Shown piece by piece: positions 57,001-64,000 of a stretch of DNA of 64,000 bases (its first letter is position 1; every line of letters starts with the position of its first letter). A program made the translations under genes and the position numbers. The DNA is taken from assembly GCA_964016885.1 (NCBI GenBank), contig OZ024741.1, positions 15,996,001 to 16,060,000 of the forward strand. Direction: 5' to 3'. The DNA comes from Eledone cirrhosa (lineage: Eukaryota). The notes beneath the pieces were generated by a model. It ran no database searches, was not told where the DNA came from, and saw only the letters and a program-made list of their open reading frames with translations.

Positions 57001-60000
57001 TTGGTGTCGTCAGGGATAGACTGTTGGTGTCGTCAGGGATAGACTGTTGGTGTCGTCACGGATAAACTGTTGGTGTCGTCAGGGATAGACTGTTGGTGTC
57101 GTCAGGGATAGACTGTTGGTGTCGTCAGGGATAAACTGTTGGTGTCGTCAGGGATAGACTGTTGGTGTCGTCAGGGATAGACTGTTAGTGTCATCAGGGA
57201 GAGACTGTTGGTGTCGTCAGGGATAGACTGTTGGTGTCGTCAGGGATAGACTGTTGGTGTCGTCAGGGATAGACTGTTGGTGTCGTCAGGGATAGACTGT
57301 TGGTGTCGTCAGGGATAGACTGTTGGTGTCGTCAGGGATAGCCTGTTGGTGTCGTCAAGGATAGACTGTTGGTGTCGTCAGGGATAGACTGTTGGTGTCG
57401 TCAGGGAAAGACTGTTGGTGTCGTCAGGGATAAACTGTTGGTGTCGTCAGGGATAGACTGTTGGTGTCGTCAGGGATAGACTGTTGGTGTCGTCAGGGAT
57501 AAACTGTTGGTGTCGTCAGGGATAGACTGTTGTTGTCGTCAGGGATAGACTGTTGGTGTCGTCAGGGATAAACTGTTGGTGTCGTCAGGGATAGACTGTT
57601 GGTGTCGTCAGGGATAGACTGTTGGTGTCGTCAGGGATAGACTGTTGGTGTCGTCAGGGATAGACTGTTGGTGTCGTCAGGGATAAACTGTTGGTGTCGT
57701 CAGGGATAGACTGTTGGTGTCGTCAGGGATAGACTGTTGGTGTCGTCAGGGATAGACTGTTGGTGTCGTCAGGGATAAACTGTTGGTGTCGTCAGGGATA
57801 GACTGTTGGTGTCGTCAGGGATAGACTGTTGGTGTCGTCAGGGATAGACTGTTGGTGTCGTCAGGGATAGCCTGTTGGTGTCGTCAGGGATAGACTGTTG
57901 CTGTCGTCAGGGATAGACTGTTGGTGTCGTCAGGGATAGACTGTTGGTGTCGTCAGGGATAAACTGTTGGTGTCGTCAGGGATAGACTGTTGGTGTCGTC
58001 AGGGATAGACTGTTGGTGTCGTCAGGGATAGACTGTTGGTGTCGTCAGGGATAGACTGTTGGTGTCGTCAGAGATAGACTGTTGGTGTCGTCAGGGATAA
58101 ACTGTTGGTGTCGTCAGGGATAGACTGTTGGTATCGTCAGGGATAGACTGTTGGTGTCGTCAGGGATAGACTGTTGGTGTCGTCAGGGATAGACTGTTAG
58201 TGTCGTAAGGGATAGACTGTTGGTGTCGTAAAGGATAGACTGTTGCTGTCGTCAGGGATAGACTGTTGGTGTCGTCAGGGATAGACTGTTGGTGTCGTCA
58301 GGGAGAGACTGTTGGTGTCGTCAGGGATAGACTGTTGGTATCGTCAGGGATAGACTGTTGGTGTCGTCAGGGATAAACTGTTGGTGTCGTCAGGATAGAC
58401 TGTTGGTATCGTCAGGGATAGACTGTTGGTGTCGTCAGGGAGAGACTGTTGGTGTCGTCATGGATAGACTGTTGGTTTCGTCAGGGATAGACTGTTGGTG
58501 TCGTCAGGGATAGCCTGTTGGTGTCGTCAAGGATAGACTGTTGGTGTCGTCAGTGATAGACTGTTGGTGTCGTCAGGGATAGACTGTTGGTGTCGTCAGG
58601 GATAGACTGTTGGTGTCGTCAAGGATAAACTGTTGGTGTCGTCAGGGATAGACTGTTGGTGTCGTCAGGGACAGACTGTTGGTGTCGTCAGGGATAGACT
58701 GTTGGTGTCGTCAGGTATAGACTGTTGGTGTCGTCAGGGATAGACTGTTGGTGTCGTCAGGGATAAACTGTTGGTGTCGTCAGGGATAGACTGTTGGTGT
58801 CGTCAGGGATAGACTGTTGGTGTCGTCAGGTATAGACTGTTGGTGTCGTCAGGGATAGACTGTTGGTGTCGTCAGGGATAAACTGTTGGTGTCGTCAGGG
58901 ATAGACTGTTGGTGTCGTCAGGGATAGACTGTTGGTGTCGTCAGGGATAGATTGTTGGTGTCGTCAGGGATAGACTGTTGGTGTCGTCAGGGATAGATTG
59001 TTGGTGTCGTCAGAGATAGACTGTTACTGTCGTCAGGGATAGACTGTTGGTGTCGTCAGGGATAGACTGTTGGTGTCGTAAGGGATAGACTGTTGGTGTC
59101 GTCAAGGATAAACTGTTGGTGTCGTCAGGGATAGACTGTTGGTGTCGTCAGGGATAGACTGTTGGTTTCGTCACGGATAGACTGTTGGAGTCGTCAGGGA
59201 TAGACTGTTGGTTTCGTCAAGGATAGACAGTTGGTGTCGTCAGGGATAGCCTGTTGGTGTCGTCAGGGATAGACTGTTGGTGTCATCAGGGATAGACTGT
59301 TGGTGTCGTCAGGGATAGACTGTTGGTGTCGTCAGGGATAAACTGTTGGTGTCGTCAGGGATAGACTGTTAGTGTCATTAGGGAGAGACTGTTGGTGTCG
59401 TCAGGGATAGACTGTTGGTGTCGTCAGGGATAGACTGTTGGTGTCGTCAGGGATAGACTGTTGGTATCGTCAGGGATAGACTGTTGGTGTCGTCAGGGAT
59501 AGACTGTTGGTGTCGTCAGGGATAGATTGTTGGTGTCGTCAGAGATAGACTGTTACTGTCGTCAGGGATAGACTGTTGGTGTCGTCAGGGATAGACTGTT
59601 GGTGTCGTAAGGGATAGACTGTTGGTGTCGTAAGGGATAGACTGTTGGTGTCATCAGGGATAGACTGTTGCTGTCGTCAGGGATAGACTGTTGGTGTCGT
59701 CAGGGATAGACTGTTGGTGTCGTCAGGGATAAACTGTTGGTGTCGTCAGAGATAGACTGTTAGTGTCATCAGGGAGAGACTGTTACTGTCGTCAGGGATA
59801 GACTGTTGGTGTCGTCAGGGATAGACTGTTGGTGTCGTCAGGGATAGACTGTTGGTATCGTCAGGGATAGACTGTTGGTGTCGTCAGGGATAGACTGTTG
59901 GTGTCGTCAGGGATAGACTGTTGGTGTCGTAAGGGATAGACTGTTGGTGTCGTCAGGGATAGACTGTTGGTGTCGTAAGGGATAGACTGTTGGTGTCATC

Positions 60001-63000
60001 AGGGATAGATTGTTGGTGTCATCAGTGATAGACTGTTGCTGTCGTCAGGGATAGACTGTTGGTGTCGTCAGGGATAGACTGTTGGTGTCGTCAGGGATAG
60101 ACTGTTGGTGTCGTCAGGGATAGACTGTTGGTGTCGTCAGGGATAGACTGTTGGTGTTGTCAGGGATAGACTGTTGGTGTCGTCAGGGATAGACTGTTGG
60201 TGTCGTCAGGGATAAACTGTTGGTGTCGTCAGGGATAGATTGTTGGTGTCGTCAGGAATAGACTGTTGGTGTCGTCAGGGATAGACTGTTGGTGTCGTCA
60301 GGGATAGACTGTTGGTATCGTCAGGGATAGATTGTTGGTGTCGTCAGGGATAGACTGTTGGTGTCGTCAGGGATAGACTGTTGGTATCGTCAGGGATAGA
60401 TTGTTGGTGTCGTCAGGGATAGACTGTTGCTGTTGTCAGGAATAGACTGTTGGTGTCGTCAGGGATAGACTGTTGGTATCGTCAGGGATAGATTGTTTGT
60501 GTCGTCAGGGATAGACTGTTGGTGTCGTCAGCGATAGACTGTTGGTGTCGTCAGGGATAGACTGTTGGTATCGTCAGGGATAGACTGTTGGTGTCGTCAG
60601 GGATAGACTGTTGGTGTCGTCAGGGATAGACTGTTGGTGTCGTCAGGGATAGACTGTTGGTATCGTCAGGGATAGACTGTTGGTGTCGTCAGGGATAGAC
60701 TGTTGGTGTCGTCAGGGATAGACTGTTGGTGTCGTCAGGGATAGACTGTTGGTATCGTCAGGGATAGACTGTTGGTGTCGTCAGGGATAGACTGTTGGTG
60801 TCGTCAGGGATAGACTGTTGGTATCGTCAGGGATAGACTGTTGGTGTCGTCAGGGATAGACTGTTGGTGTCGTCAGGGATAGACTGTTGGTGTCGTCAGG
60901 GATAGACTGTTGGTGTCGTCAGGTATAGACTGTTGGTGTCGTCAGGGATAGACTGTTGGTGTCGTCAGGGATAGACTGTTGGTGTCGTCAGGGATAGACT
61001 GTTGGTGTCGTCAGGGATAGACTGTTGGTGTCGTCAGGGATAGACTGTTGGTGTCGTCAGGTATAGACTGTTGGTGTCGTCAGGGATAGACTGTTGGTGT
61101 CGTCAGGGATAGACTGTTGGTGTCGTCAGGTATAGACTGTTGGTGTCGTCAGGGATAGACTGTTGGTGTCGTCAGGGATAAACTGTTGGTGTCGTCAGGG
61201 ATAGACTGTTGGTGTCGTCAGGGATAGACTGTTGGTGTCGTCAGGGATAGATTGTTGGTGTCGTCAGGGATAGACTGTTGGTGTCGTCAGGGATAGATTG
61301 TTGGTGTCGTCAGAGATAGACTGTTACTGTCGTCAGGGATAGACTGTTGGTGTCGTCAGGGATAGACTGTTGGTGTCGTAAGGGATAGACTGTTGGTGTC
61401 GTCAAGGATAAACTGTTGGTGTCGTCAGGGATAGACTGTTGGTGTCGTCAGGGATAGACTGTTGGTTTCGTCACGGATAGACTGTTGGAGTCGTCAGGGA
61501 TAGACTGTTGGTTTCGTCAAGGATAGACAGTTGGTGTCGTCAGGGATAGCCTGTTGGTGTCGTCAGGGATAGACTGTTGGTGTCATCAGGGATAGACTGT
61601 TGGTGTCGTCAGGGATAGACTGTTGGTGTCGTCAGGGATAAACTGTTGGTGTCGTCAGGGATAGACTGTTAGTGTCATCAGGGAGAGACTGTTGGTGTCG
61701 TCAGGGATAGACTGTTGGTGTCGTCAGGGATAGACTGTTGGTGTCGTCAGGGATAGACTGTTGGCATCGTCAGGGATAGACTGTTGGTGTCGTCAGGGAT
61801 AGACTGTTGGTGTCGTCAGGGATAGATTGTTGGTGTCGTCAGAGATAGACTTTTACTGTCGTCAGGGATAGACTGTTGGTGTCGTCAGGGATAGACTGTT
61901 GGTGTCGTAAGGGATAGACTGTTGGTGTCGTAAGGGATAGACTGTTGGTGTCATCAGGGATAGACTGTTGCTGTCGTCAGGGATAGACTGTTGGTGTCGT
62001 CAGGGATAGACTGTTGGTGTCGTCAGGGATAAACTGTTGGTGTCGTCAGAGATAGACTGTTAGTGTCATCAGGGAGAGACTGTTACTGTCGTCAGGGATA
62101 GACTGTTGGTGTCGTCAGGGATAGACTGTTGGTGTCGTCAGGGATAGACTGTTGGTATCGTCAGGGATAGACTGTTGGTGTCGTCAGGGATAGACTGTTG
62201 GTGTCGTCAGGGATAGATTGTTGGTGTCGTCAGAGATAGACTGTTACTGTCGTCAGGGATAGACTGTTGGTGTCGTCAGGGATAGACTGTTGGTGTCGTA
62301 AGGGATAGACTGTTGGTGTCGTCAGGGATAGACTGTTGGTGTCGTAAGGGATAGACTGTTGGTGTCATCAGGGATAGATTGTTGGTGTCATCAGTGATAG
62401 ACTGTTGCTGTCGTCAGGGATAGACTGTTGGTGTCGTCAGGGATAGACTGTTGGTGTCGTCAGGGATAGACTGTTGGTGTCGTCAGGGATAGACTGTTGG
62501 TGTCGTCAGGGATAGACTGTTGGTGTTGTCAGGGATAGACTGTTGGTGTCGTCAGGGATAGACTGTTGGTGTCGTCAGGGATAAACTGTTGGTGTCGTCA
62601 GGGATAGATTGTTGGTGTCGTCAGGAATAGACTGTTGGTGTCGTCAGGGATAGACTGTTGGTGTCGTCAGGGATAGACTGTTGGTATCGTCAGGGATAGA
62701 TTGTTGGTGTCGTCAGGTATAGACTGTTGGTGTCGTCAGGGATAGACTGTTGGTATCGTCAGGGATAGTTTGTTGGTGTCGTCAGGGATAGACTGTTGCT
62801 GTTGTCAGGAATAGACTGTTGGTGTCGTCAGGGATAGACTGTTGGTATCGTCAGGGATAGATTGTTGGTGTCGTCAGGGATAGACTGTTGGTGTCGTCAG
62901 CGATAGACTGTTGGTGTCGTCAGGGATAGACTGTTGGTATCGTCAGGGATAGACTGTTGGTGTCGTCAGGGATAGACTGTTGGTGTCGTCAGGGATAGAC

Positions 63001-63996
63001 TGTTGGTGTCGTCAGGGATAGACTGTTGGTATCGTCAGGGATAGACTGTTGGTGTCGTCAGGGATAGACTGTTGGTGTCGTCAGGGATAGACTGTTGGTG
63101 TCGTCAGGGATAGACTGTTGGTATCGTCAGGGATAGACTGTTGGTGTCGTCAGGGATAGACTGTTGGTGTCGTCAGGGATAGACTGTTGGTATCGTCAGG
63201 GATAGACTGTTGGTGTCGTCAGGGATAGACTGTTGGTGTCGTCAGGGATAGACTGTTGGTGTCGTCAGGGATAGACTGTTGGTGTCGTCAGGTATAGACT
63301 GTTGGTGTCGTCAGGGATAGACTGTTGGTGTCGTCAGGGATAGACTGTTGGTGTCGTCAGGGATAGACTGTTGGTGTCGTCAGGGATAGACTGTTGGTGT
63401 CGTCAGGGATAGACTGTTGGTGTCGTCAGGTATAGACTGTTGGTGTCGTCAGGGAGAGACTGTTGGTGTCGTCAGGGATAGACTGTTGGTGTCGTCAGGG
63501 ATAGACTGTTGGTGTCGTCAGGGATAGACTGTTGGTGTCGTCAGGGATAGACTGTTGGTGTCGTCAGGGATAGACTGTTGGTGTCGTCAGGTATAGACTG
63601 TTGGTGTCGTCAGGGAGAGACTGTTGGTGTCGTCAGGGATAGACTGTTGGTGTCGTCAAGGATAGACTGTTGGTGTCGTCAGGGATAGACTGTTGGTGTC
63701 GTCAGGGATAGACTGTTGGTGTCGTCAGGGATAGATTGTTGGAGTCGTCAGGGATAGCCTGTTGGTGTCGTCAGGGATAGACTGTTGGTGTCGTAAGGGA
63801 TAGACTGTTGGTGTCGTCAGGGATAAACTGTTGGTGTCGTCAGGGATAGACAGACTGTTGGTGTCGTCAGGTATAGACTGTTGGTGTCGTCAGGGATAGA
63901 CTGTTGGTGTCGTCAAGGATAAACTGTTGGAGTCGTCAAGGATAAACTGTTGGTGTCGTCAGGGATAGACTGTTGGTGTCGTCAGGGATAGACTGT
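15069..63996 (+). repeat. 23-bp satellite array, consensus GACTGTTGGTGTCGTCAGGGATA, ~2,127 copies, ~48.9 kb, all head-to-tail
   Basis: Phase checked by hand: 15089 to 27601 = 544x23; 27625 to 58330 = 1335x23; 58398 to 63991 = 243x23+4. No inversions or foreign insertions were seen. Confidence 0.99.
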
Positions 63997-64000
63997 GGCT

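Noticed and set aside
15069-63996. CRISPR array (repeat of CRISPR-like length)
   Set aside because: Units are contiguous with no unique spacers, there are no cas genes, and the context is eukaryotic.
15069-63996. Giant repetitive protein-coding exon
   Set aside because: 23 is not a multiple of 3, and the unit contains TAG/TAA on + and TGA on -, giving a stop about every 69 bp in all frames.
15069-63996. Candida-type 23-bp telomerase repeat (shares TTGGTGT and unit length)
   Set aside because: The similarity is short, the flank is animal-like, and the long variant-preserving duplications do not fit template-directed addition.

Overview
Gene-poor, repeat-saturated eukaryotic DNA. The SINE types and microsatellite load suggest an octopus/cephalopod genome (inference). 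Bases 1-15068 are AT-rich and made of long microsatellites plus decayed mobile elements: Penelope-like remnants carrying two hammerhead-ribozyme motifs, tRNA-type SINEs, a bipartite RTE derivative, two MITEs, a Tx1/L1 RT fragment and two CRE-like retrotransposon 3' ends. Bases 15069-63996 are one ~48.9 kb tandem array of a 23-bp unit (GACTGTTGGTGTCGTCAGGGATA, ~2,127 copies). The array has only three visible indels and nested higher-order duplications of 6 to ~592 monomers. It appears to have grown from a single 23-bp stretch inside a decayed CRE-like endonuclease region. No intact host gene is supported, and the long ORFs in the track are microsatellite artefacts. All protein-family calls come from motif recognition by eye, not from database searches.
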